A DNA stretch of 62,782 bases, counting the filler, from Globobulimina sp. (lineage: Eukaryota): the NCBI GenBank assembly GCA_003354225.1. It is 41 parts of 41 records of this genome, joined end to end, with 100 filler letters (N's around TTAATTAATTAA, not from the genome) between each part and the next. Parts side by side here need not be neighbours in the genome. Positions count along the whole stretch, not along the records: positions 1 to 1,435 come from PIVH01016729.1; positions 1,536 to 2,970 come from PIVH01016730.1; positions 3,071 to 4,505 come from PIVH01016731.1; positions 4,606 to 6,040 come from PIVH01016732.1; positions 6,141 to 7,574 come from PIVH01016733.1; positions 7,675 to 9,108 come from PIVH01016734.1; positions 9,209 to 10,642 come from PIVH01016735.1; positions 10,743 to 12,176 come from PIVH01016736.1; 33 more parts are not named here. One strand, 5' to 3'. Each line of letters starts with the position of its first letter. The first letter of the stretch is position 1. Shown here piece by piece: positions 1 through 12,276 of this stretch. The notes beneath the pieces are model-generated. The model was not told where the DNA came from. It did not search any database and worked only from the letters and a program-made list of their open reading frames with translations. A program made the position numbers and the translations under genes.

Positions 1-287
1 CAAACAGAAATGCAAAGCAGCACCAAGTCATCCAATTGTTGAATTTTAATTTTTAAAACATCAACAAATTAAAAACGACCCTGTATATTTATACGTGTTT
101 TTTGTGTTTTCCCCACGTTTTCTAGCTAGTGTACCATTTTATGTACAAAAAAGATACCCCCCCCCATGTATACCAGTTTCTCGATTAACGTTTGCTTTCT
201 TCAAAACTTAATAACAGTTATCGACTCACAAACGACAAAAATTGGTATTGCCTGAATAATGGGTTAAGATTCGAAAATAACAGTACG

Positions 288-1118
288 TCATACATTGCTT
301 TTCGTTTTTTTATCTTTATGTTTGTTAGTCTTTTTAGGTGAGTTTGTTATGGTATCTTCCAGCCACGGAACAGGTGATTGTTTATTCTCTCTCAGTTTCC
401 TTTTCAATGTCTTTAATTTGCGCTGTTTTTTCGATTTTTTGGTATCTGACATTTTTTTCTTTTTCTTTTTCTTTTTCTTCATTGGTTTGCTATTCAACAT
501 TTTCATATTTTTGTTTATGACATCATTATGGTATCGATCCTTTTTTTGTCCATCAAAACACTGCAGGTAAATATGGTTTACATTGAATCCAGATACTCCA
601 CAAAACTCTGTTCCATTTGCAATGAATGAGTGTAGCGGGGAGCAAACAGTGGAATGCTGAGTGCATGGCTTTATTTTGTCCAACATAGCATCCAAATAAT
701 AATATTCATTCCGACATTCAGTATACCACTCATTGCAAAAATGCTGTCATATCAATAATGTATTTGAAGCTTATATCATTACATATAAATACTTAACAAT
801 ACAAATGCCACTCATTCGTTGAATTCCTATGTCTGGATTACATGATGAACACCATATATCAGTTGACATTTGCCTGCATTCTGCCGATATGCCATCATTT
901 TGTAACAATGGTTTGATTTCATTGAATATCCGATGAGAATCAGATGGTTTGCAACATGATTTCTTGTATTGCTGACAAAATGGCAGTTTATACCGACGTG
1001 GAAATTTATCAAAGTCAAAATCCAAACCATGTCGAATCGGCCCGCAACGAGGGATGCGATTCCTTGATCGTGTTTTTTTTGAATCTGTGGATGAGATCGC
1101 TATAACAATCCACAACAA
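288..1118 (-). CDS. Secreted Cys-rich folate-receptor-family (Folate_rec-like) protein, 2 exons, basic C-tail
   Basis: Pattern CQQYKKSCC...C...WCSSCNP...GICI|HFCNEWYTEC...PC...VCS...FC is joined by GT-AG intron 744-797. Hydrophobic N-terminus; no in-frame ATG seen. Confidence 0.65.
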
Positions 1119-1151
1119 AGACAGTGAGAAAAAAGGTTTAATACGTTTGCA

Positions 1152-1435
1152 ATGGCAGCTTCCAAAAGTGTTACTCCAACAAAGGGCAATTTTAAAAAAT
1201 CTTTGAATGCATTATTATCCATGGGATTTGATTATACGAATGCTACAAATGCATTGAGAATCTCTGATGGCAATGTTAATATAGCTGCACAATATTTGCT
1301 TGATCAGGCAAAGAATGCACCGATAGATAATAATTATTCCTACAACAATGACTATGAACAAAATGATGATACAATGGCTCAATTAATTAATATGGGCTTG
1401 ACATTTGACGAAGCATTTTCTGCAATTTCCATGAG
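1152..1435 (+). CDS. UBA-domain protein, 5' part (two UBA repeats)
   Basis: LLSMGFDYTNATNALRISDGNVNIAAQYLL followed by a second LINMGLT..EA..A; truncated at contig end. Confidence 0.8.
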
Positions 1436-1535
1436 NNNNNNNNNNNNNNNNNNNNNNNNNNNNNNNNNNNNNNNNNNNNTTAATTAATTAANNNNNNNNN
1501 NNNNNNNNNNNNNNNNNNNNNNNNNNNNNNNNNNN
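1436..1535. other. Artificial contig-joining linker (first of 40, spaced about 1.53 kb apart)
   Basis: 44 N + TTAATTAATTAA (stops in all six frames) + 44 N. It recurs identically. Contig lengths between linkers fall 1435, 1434, 1433, i.e. a size-sorted concatenation. Confidence 0.99.
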
Positions 1536-2488
1536 GCCTCTATGAGCGCCCCATGCACCATACGTATCCACGATGATTTTGCGCCCAGTTAAGCCCTCGT
1601 CGCCGTGGGGGCCGCCAATCACAAATCGACCTGCAACAAATAAATAGAATCCAGTAAAATGCACAAAAAAAACACATACCACTTGGGTTTAAATGATAAA
1701 TTGTGTCTTTGGTTAAGTATTTTTGCGGCACCACATATTTTATAACCTGCTCGAATAAATCTTTTCGAATCTGCTCATTGGTCACATTCGGCGAATGCTG
1801 AGTGGATATCAAAATGGTATGGACGCGAAGTGGGACCATTTTGCCATTTACATTTTTATAAACCACGGTCACTTGCGTTTTGCCATCGGGCCGCACCCAT
1901 TTTAATATGCCATTTTTGCGAACGTCGGTCAACCGTTTACCTAATTTGGTCGCCAATATATGGGACAAAGGCATTAATTCTGGAGTTTCGTCAGTGGCGT
2001 AACCAAACATAATGCCTTGATCGCCCGCACCTAATTCCTCATCACTTTTACTTAAATGGCCATGTACAGATTGCGCGATGTCCGGTGACTGTGCTTCGAT
2101 GGCCACGATCACATTACACGTGTTGTAATCGAGTCCTTTTTCGGGAGAATTATAGCCGATCTTCTTGATGGCGGCGCGAACCACACTCTCGTAATCTATC
2201 TTGGCTTTGGTCGTTATCTCACCGAAAATCATTACCATGCCGGTTTTTGCAGCGGTTTCTGATGTATATACAAAATGAATGGACAGAAATTTCCAGAAAA
2301 TATACTCAAATATGGAACATACCGCAGGCAACATAGGAATTTGGGTCTTGTGCTAAACACGCATCCAATACGGCGTCCGATACTAAATCGCATAATTTAT
2401 CGGGATGGCCTTCATTGACTGATTCGGAGGAAAATAAAAATTCGTCTTTTCCTAATTGTAATGATGACATATTTTCGGATGTCTGCAT
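1536..2488 (-). CDS. MAT: S-adenosylmethionine synthetase (canonical MAT), 3' truncated, introns 2259-2322 and 1631-1679
   Basis: [24 protein letters not shown] and [24 protein letters not shown] motifs; both GT-AG introns restore the frame. Confidence 0.97.
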
Positions 2489-3070
2489 GATTTCTAGTTG
2501 TTTGTGTTCCTATGTATATATGTTTGATTTTTTAATTATATTTTTTTTTTTGATGCATGTTTTGCTAAACGTCATTTTGAAGATGATTTGTTAATTTTTG
2601 TAACCGATTCATGTTACGTATGGCGATAATATGAAGGTGGTTAAGACAGTATGATGGTGCTGCGGTTGTATAAATAAAAAGATTTTTAGGGTAAGTTTTT
2701 TTTTTTCCAATTTTTCATCACATCTAAAGTTTTACTGGACGGATTAGCGAGATAGCTAAACTAAAATTATTTTAGTTATCTTCGGATTAGTTAACGTTTC
2801 ATGACGAATTAATTCGACCTGATGGACAATCAACAACAACAACAAGCAAATGATAATAAAAGTAGCAAAACAGCCAAACCATACATTGATTTTAATTTCT
2901 TTTTAAACACAGAAATGAATGATATCGATGGTAGTAATAACTGCCAATGCAAAACAATCAATGAATGTAANNNNNNNNNNNNNNNNNNNNNNNNNNNNNN
3001 NNNNNNNNNNNNNNTTAATTAATTAANNNNNNNNNNNNNNNNNNNNNNNNNNNNNNNNNNNNNNNNNNNN

Positions 3071-3677
3071 TTAGTCGATGACTTGCAACATCTGCAATAA
3101 AAATGGATTGTTTATCTGACGATATGTTTATAATTGGCGACCAATGTCCGCCTCGATGGTTGTCGATTTTTCTCCAGAAATTTGCAATTATCATAAATGT
3201 TTTTTTTGCTTCAAAAAATTGGTCAAGAAATACAATGTCACGTTGAAATATTTTGGTTAATTTGTCATAATCGTTAAGACAAACATAGCTGACATGATAT
3301 GGCAAATCAAAATCACTAATAATTGCTGCAATAATTTGAACTAATTGAATCATACTAATACCATACCTGACATCTAAGCAACTTTTTACATAGTTATTAT
3401 ACAGATGTTGTTGATTTGTTATATTTTCAAAATTTTCTACATTTAATTGAGTTAATTGGTTCAAATGATGTAGTGTTGATGCAATAGATGCGAGTCCACA
3501 AAAATCACCACGTGTTTGAGCAATAAAACTTGTTTTCATAAATGATTTATGCAATTGTTGTTTAGATTTACTTGTGTTATTAAATAGTTTGGTGGCAGTA
3601 ATTGTGCCTTCTTCTGACACAATGTGTCTATAATCCGTTTGTCTATTTAATGTTGAAGAATGTCGGGAAGAGTTCAT
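3071..3677 (-). CDS. Phytochelatin synthase-like papain-fold protein, 3' truncated
   Basis: QTRGDFCGLASI (Gln, catalytic Cys), IIANFWR, GGHWSPI (His), IADVA (Asp) occur in the order and spacing of the PCS catalytic domain. Confidence 0.8.
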
Positions 3678-3724
3678 TTTCGTTTTAATTAAAAGTTAAG
3701 TTTTCTTACTTTAGTATTCCTAAG

Positions 3725-4498
3725 TCATTTATTTCGTTGCTTTTTTCTCGGACTTATAGTGTTAATTTGCGTATTTTCCACTCGTTTTCTTTTCTTTTTC
3801 TTTTTACTAAATATATTATTCAGAGGCCTTATATTATCAGAAAACAGTGGTCCAAATGAAGGTATTTTATTGATTAATATTTTTTGCCATTTATTCAAAT
3901 TTAATTGCAAATCCAATAATTTCTGCATATACTTATCATTGTCATTGCCTTTAACATTTCGATTATTACAAACTTTTTCCAGCGCACATTCTAAATCACA
4001 AATTGCATACTTTAATTTTGAATTATTTTCAATATCCATAACATATAAATCATTCGTCTCAGTCATTGATAAAAAATTAATTAAAAATGTTTCCACTGTA
4101 AATATCAATAAATCCAATGCGATTTCTTTGCCTTTTTGCTTCATTTGATTCAAAGCATATGTTTTTTTTACAATTTGTTGAATGTCATTCAATACATTCT
4201 CAAAATACTTTGAATCAAAAATATCATTCTTTAAATATTTCATATTTTGTTTAAACTGTTTTTTTAATTCATACAAATCATTATCAATAAACGCATTAAA
4301 TTGCAATAAAATGCCTTCATCAATGCCTACAATTTGGGCAATAATAAGTTTTAAACATTCCTCGTCCTGAACCCTTAACTCATTTATATTTTTTATTATC
4401 AATTTATTAAAAATATGTTTATTTTTATTCTTATTTAAAAACGATTTTAATCCATTTATTAATTGCTTTTTTGAAAATGATTTAAATAATAATGACAA
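3725..4498 (-). CDS. Hypothetical protein, 5' partial, basic NLS-like C-terminus
   Basis: 257-aa ORF ending KKKKKRKR...SPRKKQRNK; no family recognised. Confidence 0.45.
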   Translation of the reverse strand: MSLLFKSFSKKQLINGLKSFLNKNKNKHIFNKLIIKNINELRVQDEECLKLIIAQIVGIDEGILLQFNAFIDNDLYELKKQFKQNMKYLKNDIFDSKYFENVLNDIQQIVKKTYALNQMKQKGKEIALDLLIFTVETFLINFLSMTETNDLYVMDIENNSKLKYAICDLECALEKVCNNRNVKGNDNDKYMQKLLDLQLNLNKWQKILINKIPSFGPLFSDNIRPLNNIFSKKKKKRKRVENTQINTISPRKKQRNK

Positions 4499-4893
4499 AT
4501 CACATNNNNNNNNNNNNNNNNNNNNNNNNNNNNNNNNNNNNNNNNNNNNTTAATTAATTAANNNNNNNNNNNNNNNNNNNNNNNNNNNNNNNNNNNNNNN
4601 NNNNNATGAAGCAGTATTTATAAATGTTCGATTGTTGGATGATGTCATAATAAAATGTATAAATAACATTGTTTGCAAGTATGCTGTTTACTTTGAGTAG
4701 AGGTCCATATTTTGCAGCTTCCTTTTCAGACTCGGTATACAATAAAAAATCAGGATTGGTGTCAATTTGGTGTACGAGGTTTACGGACAGTGTCACATGA
4801 CAAAGTACTACGTGCCAAAAACAATCACTTTTTCGAAATGCTAAAATTGTTGCGATAAATTAAAGCTTGTATACATTTATACATTAATTGAAC

Positions 4894-6040
4894 TTAGTCA
4901 TCCTCAAAAGGATTATAATCAACTCTTGGTCCATCATCCATTTCTTCTGCAAATTCATCATAATCCTCATCTCCATCATCCTTTATTTGCTTCTGTTGCA
5001 TATTCTTACCATAATTGTTAGAATTATTTTTATTATTATTCCTATTGTAATTTGTATATGCACTCTTTGCATTATTTTGTGCTGCATTCCATGCCGCTTT
5101 TTGTACATTTTTATCTTTGCCAACACTTATTGCAGCACCTTGCATTTGTTTATTTTGTGCCAATGCAGTAACGACTTGTTTGTTGCTGTTTGGATCATTA
5201 CCACCTCCTTTATACGCATCAAATGCCGCATTTCTTACATTCTTATCTCGCATCGCTGACTTTGTAGCGTTATGAACCTCTTTATTATGTGCCACTGATT
5301 GCATTGCTGCGCTATTATAGTTTGGCGGTGCATTATTGCTATTATTTCTATTCACATTCCTATTTTTATTATACTGTTTATGTGCAGCAGGCGTCTTCTT
5401 ATTAGCATTATAATTTGCTTTTACATTCATATTCCTACTATTCCCGCCACCACGTTTATTGATAATATTTGCTTGCGCTGTGCTGAACGCTCCATAGCTG
5501 CACCAATATCGTTCAAAAGAGTTTAGTAACTGAGTCTGCTTAGTTTCTACTAAAGTGTTTACCTGAGTTTTCATATCGTTTCTCAATTTAATTAACCGAT
5601 TATGAACAGACTGCTGTTTTTGTTGCACACTTTGTATTTTCATTTGATCGCAACTCTGTTCAGCTTTGGCTAAGTTATGATTGGCGATATCAAACTGTGT
5701 TTTTGTATTTCTACATTTTAGTTTTAATTTTTGTGCATACTCAATGTCCGAATCTCGGAATTTCTCTATTGTAGCAAGTGGACATTGCATGTTAAAATGT
5801 TGCCTTTTCATAATTATAATCAGTGGAACATTTTAAAATGAATGTGATTTGACTTTTGGACCTAAAGGGAGCACCAATTCATCTTCCATTTGTTTCAAAT
5901 GTTGCGTGAAAACTCGCTCTAAATTGGCCAATGCCGCACCCATATTATGAGCAAACATAGCAAATGGATCGTTTTTGTTTTGTTGTGAGGTTTGAATTTG
6001 TTTTAATTTATCAGCGAGTTGGGATAAATATGTTGTTTCA
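4894..6040 (-). CDS. BAR-domain-like protein with low-complexity tail and terminal NPF motif; intron 5766-5861; 5' partial
   Basis: Spliced sequence MGAALANLERVFTQHLKQMEDELVLPL|EKFRDSDIEYAQKLKLKCRNTKTQFD resembles BAR helices 2-3; ends YNPFEDD. Confidence 0.6.
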
Positions 6041-6140
6041 NNNNNNNNNNNNNNNNNNNNNNNNNNNNNNNNNNNNNNNNNNNNTTAATTAATTAANNNN
6101 NNNNNNNNNNNNNNNNNNNNNNNNNNNNNNNNNNNNNNNN

Positions 6141-7332
6141 CATATTCAACCGAAGCCACCCACATTCCGCCATATGTAAACCCATGAAATGGTTCGATTA
6201 TGACAAATAAATGGGAGTATACCGCATTATGTGGAATCAATGTGTAAATAATAACACGTAAAGCATACGCTAAATGTGCAATAATTAATAATCCCATAAT
6301 ACCAACTTTAATGAGCAAATATTTAGAATTATAAAATATGATCAAATCTCCACAGACCACAGCAAAATATATTAAACCGAATAAATACTTTGGAGCATCA
6401 AATTCATCCAACAAATATATCAATAAACACTGCATAACAAAAGCATGACAAATACCAAATATAAACAGATCAATATTAAAAACAACAACAATATAATGTG
6501 TGCATATTATGTTAAGCAGTTCTTTAATCCTTTCCACTCCGTTTGGTTTAACCTGATCAGTATACAGCTCATCAGCATTCATTTTCTTCTCTACAGCTAC
6601 CGGTACCTCATGATCCTCATCGGCTGTATAAGGATCATCGGCATCTTCGATAGGCAATAATTCAGAGTCTTGTTTGTGTGGTAAAAGTTGTGCCTCTTCA
6701 ACATCAGAACAAACACTTTGTTGTGATTGTGTGTCTGTTTTTGTTTCCTTTTGTTGGATATGAGAATCAAACACAAAACAAATGGAGAAAACCAAAATTA
6801 AATCTGTTAACGTGATGAAAAAACAATACACAAAAATGTAGCTATTTGAGGAATCCGTGAAATATGTATTTATTCCATTGATTAAGGCCCCAACACCGGC
6901 ACCAAATGCCATAAAAAGCCTACTTTTACAAAAGGCATTTTTCTCTACAATAACAACGACAGCGGACTCTAATAAAACATGTGTTGCATCGAAGAGATTT
7001 TTCAGCATAAAAATAATTAACGAGATCCAAAATGCATTTATTACAGAATGGAATAACAACATTGCGCAAAATATTGCTGATAACAATTGAGCAACGATAA
7101 AAATATATAATTTGGAATTTATTGAATTTGTAGTATTTGTGAACATATCACCAATATATCCCCAACATATGGATGCAATAAATCTTACAAAATATCTACA
7201 TCCATAAAACCATCCAAGTTCGGACATTGTAAAGTATTCATACAAATAAACAATCAAAAAATGGTTGGTGGTGATCCGCGCCACGCCGTATGTTACAAAT
7301 ACTATTCGTAGTATCAATAATCTGCGGTCCAT
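6141..7332 (-). CDS. MFS transporter (MFSD6/MFS_1-like), 3' truncated
   Basis: Many TM helices, WGYIGD loop, acidic central loop, YALRVIIY..IIEPFHGFTYGGMWVASVEY. Confidence 0.85.
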
Positions 7333-7674
7333 GCTTCAAAACTAAGGTTCAAATGGAGTGAAGACTGAGTTGGGGGCTGGTTTTGTTATATTGGGTTGCA
7401 AACCCAGCACAAAATTATAACAAATCTATAACTGAATGTAATGGAATGTATTAGAATATATCGTTCAGATAAAAGAAGTTAAAGCTTACCTTAATAAAAT
7501 TATAAAATAATGGGATTAAAAAATATTAATACAAAAAAAAAATAAAACTATATGGCTACAAAGTTATTCTGCATNNNNNNNNNNNNNNNNNNNNNNNNNN
7601 NNNNNNNNNNNNNNNNNNTTAATTAATTAANNNNNNNNNNNNNNNNNNNNNNNNNNNNNNNNNNNNNNNNNNNN

Positions 7675-8404
7675 TGAGGTGATGTCACGCGAAGAATTTA
7701 TAGCATTTAAAGGGGGCATTGTTTTATTCCATCAATATGTTCATTGGTATTTTGCGCAATGCGATGAATGTGCGATGGCCACCGGTTATTCTCCCGACGA
7801 TCCAATATTTATGGTATTACATTCATACGTGGCGTATATACGGGCGATGTGGGCGACGTGTCATGGTTATAACACCATTGCTGCTGAGGATTTGGATGAA
7901 TATCCAGACGCCTACACCGCAGAATGTGGTGAGGGCTTCGATGAATGCGGTACGATTGAATTAGATGATAAATATCATTTTGATATTTTATCCACTAAGC
8001 CATGGTCCATTACCTCGAAAATGGACATCACTCCACGAATGTTGTGGGAATTCCAAGATTGGGGAGTTAAATATGATATTGGTACATTTTATGATGAGGC
8101 GTTATTCGAATCTGATGTATGTCCCGCCCAAATATTCGAATCTGATGAGAATAGATGGTTTTTACATCCAGCAGATTCAAAAAAAGTGGAGGATCTACCA
8201 AAAACCGCAGCTGTTGTTGTATCTGTAGATAAAAATAATTCACAGCAATCTACATTTACATATTTATTTTTTGCATTATTATTTGTTGTGGTGTTGGTAT
8301 TTATTGGTTGTTTGTCGAGATTAAGAAATATGAAAAAAGGGCATCAATATACGTTACTTTCAAATGGAAATCATGATGTTATTACTTATGGAGCTAATAC
8401 TTAA
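7675..8404 (+). CDS. Tyrosinase / type-3 copper protein, C-terminal half with CuB site and C-terminal TM helix
   Basis: FHQYVH...M...SPDDPIFMVLHSYV..IRAMW CuB motif; TM segment FTYLFFALLFVVVLVFIGCL. Confidence 0.8.
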
Positions 8405-8674
8405 TTATCTTGTTTCTTAAACGTTGTTTTTTTTGTTCAATTCAACTTTTTGTTGTTATTTTAAATTTAATTTCTTGTAAATATTAATAAATTCTGTGCA
8501 AGGATATTCAAAAGCGTTTCTACAAACAAAACAAAACATAACTTCCAGAGTTGCAATGTTGCATGCTTTCGGAACGTATTAAATAGTAAAAATTAACAGA
8601 AATTCACTGGATAGTTCCTCTGTATCTATTTATTAGATTTGTGAGATTTATACCAACGTAATAATTAGGTAAAA

Positions 8675-8949
8675 ATGGTGGCGATTGGTTTATTATTATC
8701 TGCAATATTAACAAAATTAATTTCTGGTTCTGGCCATGGCATATATTTAGAAGAGGATTGCGATCGAATCCGAAGACCCATTCATAAATTATCAAAAGAA
8801 GAATTAATGCTTTACGTGGATGGTTTACAAGCAATTCGTGCAAATGGTAAATATCAAGACATTCTCGCGGAGCATGCAACGCATACAATGACGCATCGTG
8901 GTTCATCTTTTTTTTTCTGGCATACTTATTTAGTTTGGGAGGTCGAAAC
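8675..8949 (+). CDS. Second tyrosinase, N-terminal part with signal peptide and CuA site
   Basis: Signal peptide, RIRRPIHKLSKEE..YVDGL, EH....HRGSSFFFWHTYLVWEVE (H...H-x8-H); similarity stops after EVET. Confidence 0.8.
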
Positions 8950-10025
8950 GTTGAGTGATATATTTTAATTAATTCTAATTTATAAATACTAGTAATATGA
9001 AATCAAACCTTTTTTGTCCACCATATATGAGAACAAATTAATACAACAACGTTAAATCAATAAATACAGCTTCTTTAGTCATATTCGTCTGGAACATCGT
9101 TGCTGTATNNNNNNNNNNNNNNNNNNNNNNNNNNNNNNNNNNNNNNNNNNNNTTAATTAATTAANNNNNNNNNNNNNNNNNNNNNNNNNNNNNNNNNNNN
9201 NNNNNNNNAAGAAAAATAAATAACTATATGTTTTGTGCCTAACCATGTGCTGTAGGTGACGCTAGGCGAGGACGATGAATTTCTTGTGCAATGCAACCCC
9301 TCACGTTAAGTTAACAGGCGCACCAAAGTACCAGACGTTATGCGTTATTTATAAAAATTGTATGATTAATTGTATTACAAATTTTTAGGAAGGTCTGATT
9401 CATAAGTGCAGTAAGGCTTATGCCCTCATAATGGATAAGTCTGTCCTGGTCCTGGATTATTACAGACATTTAAAAAAGAGTTTGACCGAAAACATAATCC
9501 AACATGGCATTGTATTGTTGGTCGGAATTTTGGAAGTTATGTGACTCACGAAACAAAGCATTTTGTTTACTTTTATATTGGACAAATGGCAGTATTATTA
9601 TTCAAATCTGGTTAAAATTTAAAAATAAATTGCTACATATTCAAAATGAGTAAATTCGATTAAATTCTTCTCAAAACTACATATTTTAATAATTAAATTA
9701 TTCCTTTTTTTTTATTGTCTTTAATTCTTTTTTTAATTTAATTTAATTGGAAATTAAAGAAAAGATATTTATTTAAAATCCAGCAAATTGTGATGATGCT
9801 AAAATAGTTGCTTTGAAAAGATATTTCGGATCGCAGTCGTAGATCTGATCCGTTTCTGTGATTCTCTCAATGGATTTATCGTCCAACTGCCAGATTCACA
9901 TTTGTGTTCTTTAGTATAATGTGATTTCTACTCTCTTTAACAGAAAAGATCTTGTTAACTTTTTTCATCATACTTCACAACATTTTCTTTCTTTCTAACA
10001 AACAAATTATTACAAACCAGTTTGA

Positions 10026-10481
10026 ATGTCACACAATAATTCAGATTGTGACTCGTCGACTCTCCCAACCGGTGAACATGTACAAGATTTACCAGTTCTT
10101 CAATTATTAATGAATATAGAACCTATTGGCGAAGATATTATATTTCACAACAAAGGATATAAAAAAATCGAAAAATTATGTAATACATTGCAAGGAGCAT
10201 TATATAAGGCAGCTAAAACTAATCAATTCGACAAAAAACAGATTTATGTTGCAATTAAAAAAACAAATAAAAGGTTATTACAAAAGATGGTTGCTGTCGA
10301 AGGAGATCTACATTTTTGTGTTTCCGAGAATCTAATTAAAGAAGCATTGGTATTGAAATATGTAACTTTTGACAACACCCCACTCGGTCAATACATTGTA
10401 AAATATGTTGACTTTTTCGAATCTGCCACCGATTATTATTTAGTCACAGAATATATCACTTGGATCTTATTTTTAATTTAG
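10026..10481 (+). CDS. Ser/Thr protein kinase N-lobe only (CAMK-like); C-lobe missing
   Basis: YKKIEKLCNTLQGALYKA, YVAIKK, ENLIKE, IVKYVDFFE..YYLVTEY; no HRD or DFG follows. Confidence 0.8.
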   Translation: MSHNNSDCDSSTLPTGEHVQDLPVLQLLMNIEPIGEDIIFHNKGYKKIEKLCNTLQGALYKAAKTNQFDKKQIYVAIKKTNKRLLQKMVAVEGDLHFCVSENLIKEALVLKYVTFDNTPLGQYIVKYVDFFESATDYYLVTEYITWILFLI

Positions 10482-10742
10482 TACAGTAATATTGTGAAAT
10501 GGAGGAAAATTAAAATTGGAATATCTTGAGAAATATTGAATTTTATGTCAAATCGTTTTCACCACCAATCTTAGAATATTTTTTTACATATTTCTATATT
10601 TTTTTTTTTTGTGTGGGAGCAAACCTGTGATTTTTAAAATCANNNNNNNNNNNNNNNNNNNNNNNNNNNNNNNNNNNNNNNNNNNNTTAATTAATTAANN
10701 NNNNNNNNNNNNNNNNNNNNNNNNNNNNNNNNNNNNNNNNNN

Positions 10743-12176
10743 CTTCAAATGTAAGCGGTCTCCGTGCATTGTAGGCCTAACAAAAAATTTGGCTGATGCG
10801 TCAAAGGATTAACTCCTGAAGAATCCGGACAAACCACCAAGGAATTAAATTTTTTACAAAAATTTGTAGTATCAGAACTGAACCGATCATAAGTATGAGG
10901 ACCGAAATAATTATCTAGCCAATCGAAAATGACCTGGGAAAACGTCCAGTCATCAAAATCGATCCAACGACTCAGCTTATCTGCTGTCTCGTTACATGTC
11001 CGGGGAATCCAGAGCACCGTTAAGTCGATTTGATATTTCCTAACCAACTCTGCTGCTTGTAATGCTAAGCTATTAAGTCTGTGTGATTTAGATGTTCCTT
11101 TTCTCATAATAGCTTCCACACCTTGATTATCAGTGCCCCAGATCACAGCTTTACCCTGCATCTCAGTACAAAAACTTTTTAGACCATGCAGATGTGTAGC
11201 TAATTCTCTGTATGTCGAGTCCGTATCTCTTTCCCACTGAGACCATGCCAAAGTAGAAAATTGGCTGGGTTTTGGCCAACAGAGGGATAGGGGCTTATTT
11301 CCTAATGCTGTCAAATTTTCAGACAATGAAAACAAAGACTTAGGGATTAAGTTTGGAGGAAGAGTATTATAACGCAATTGTCTGATTAGCTCCAGGCCAA
11401 AAGCAGGCAAACAACAGCTGGTCGACTGAGCGGTTGAGATTTTATGAATGACTGTCGCCCCACCAGACCCACTGGCGTCTGAAAAACAAAGGATATCTGG
11501 CATGGTCTTCGTTATTGACCGATAGCCTGGGAGATTGCTTAGGGCATCGCGACAGCTTAGTAGATTTGTCAACAGACCGGATGATCTCAAGTATTTTGTG
11601 TCATATCCCAACCCCTCGTTCAGTTTTTCCTGACATAATGCAAACAATGGCCGTGACAAGATCAAAGCGGCATTACCATAGACCAGAGATAGTGAAACCA
11701 TAAGACCGGCCACTTTTAAAACCTCTCTGCAAGACACTGAACTTTTTCTCCTCAAAGTATCTAAACATTCATTAACACGCAATAACTTTTCAGCTGGGAC
11801 GACAAGCCTCATTTGTTGAAAGTCGATTTTGAATCCTAGCCATTTGATTATCTGCACAGGCTTCCATTGACATTTCTTGGCTTGAACGTAAAGCCCCAGA
11901 TTTTTTAAATCTGCCTGCACTCGCGCAGAATCAGCCTCCGCCTGTACGACAGACTCGGCCACACCTAAACCATCATCCATATAAATGAAATGTATCAATC
12001 CCTGGCCACGCCAGTACGAAACCACCGGTTTTAACACTTTAGTAGACAACCAGGGCACTGGAGCCAGCCCAAATGGACACACACAAAATTGAGCCAAAAA
12101 TTCTACTCCATTAATATGAACTGCAAAACCTAAAAATGTCTGAAAACTGCAATGCACTGGCAAGTGATGAAACCAA
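10743..12176 (-). mobile_element. DIRS-type retrotransposon pol fragment: RT + RNase H + start of methyltransferase-like domain
   Basis: PFGLAPVP, YMDD, WLGF, FSDAS, STYREL, TDNQ, WIPRTCNETADKLSR, DDW..GPHTYDRFSS..KFNS. Confidence 0.9.
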
Positions 12177-12276
12177 NNNNNNNNNNNNNNNNNNNNNNNN
12201 NNNNNNNNNNNNNNNNNNNNTTAATTAATTAANNNNNNNNNNNNNNNNNNNNNNNNNNNNNNNNNNNNNNNNNNNN

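Noticed and set aside
1590..1605. MAT motif reads GDEGLTGRK rather than GDAGLTGRK
   Set aside because: Single-base difference close to a contig end whose last bases also diverge; error cannot be excluded.
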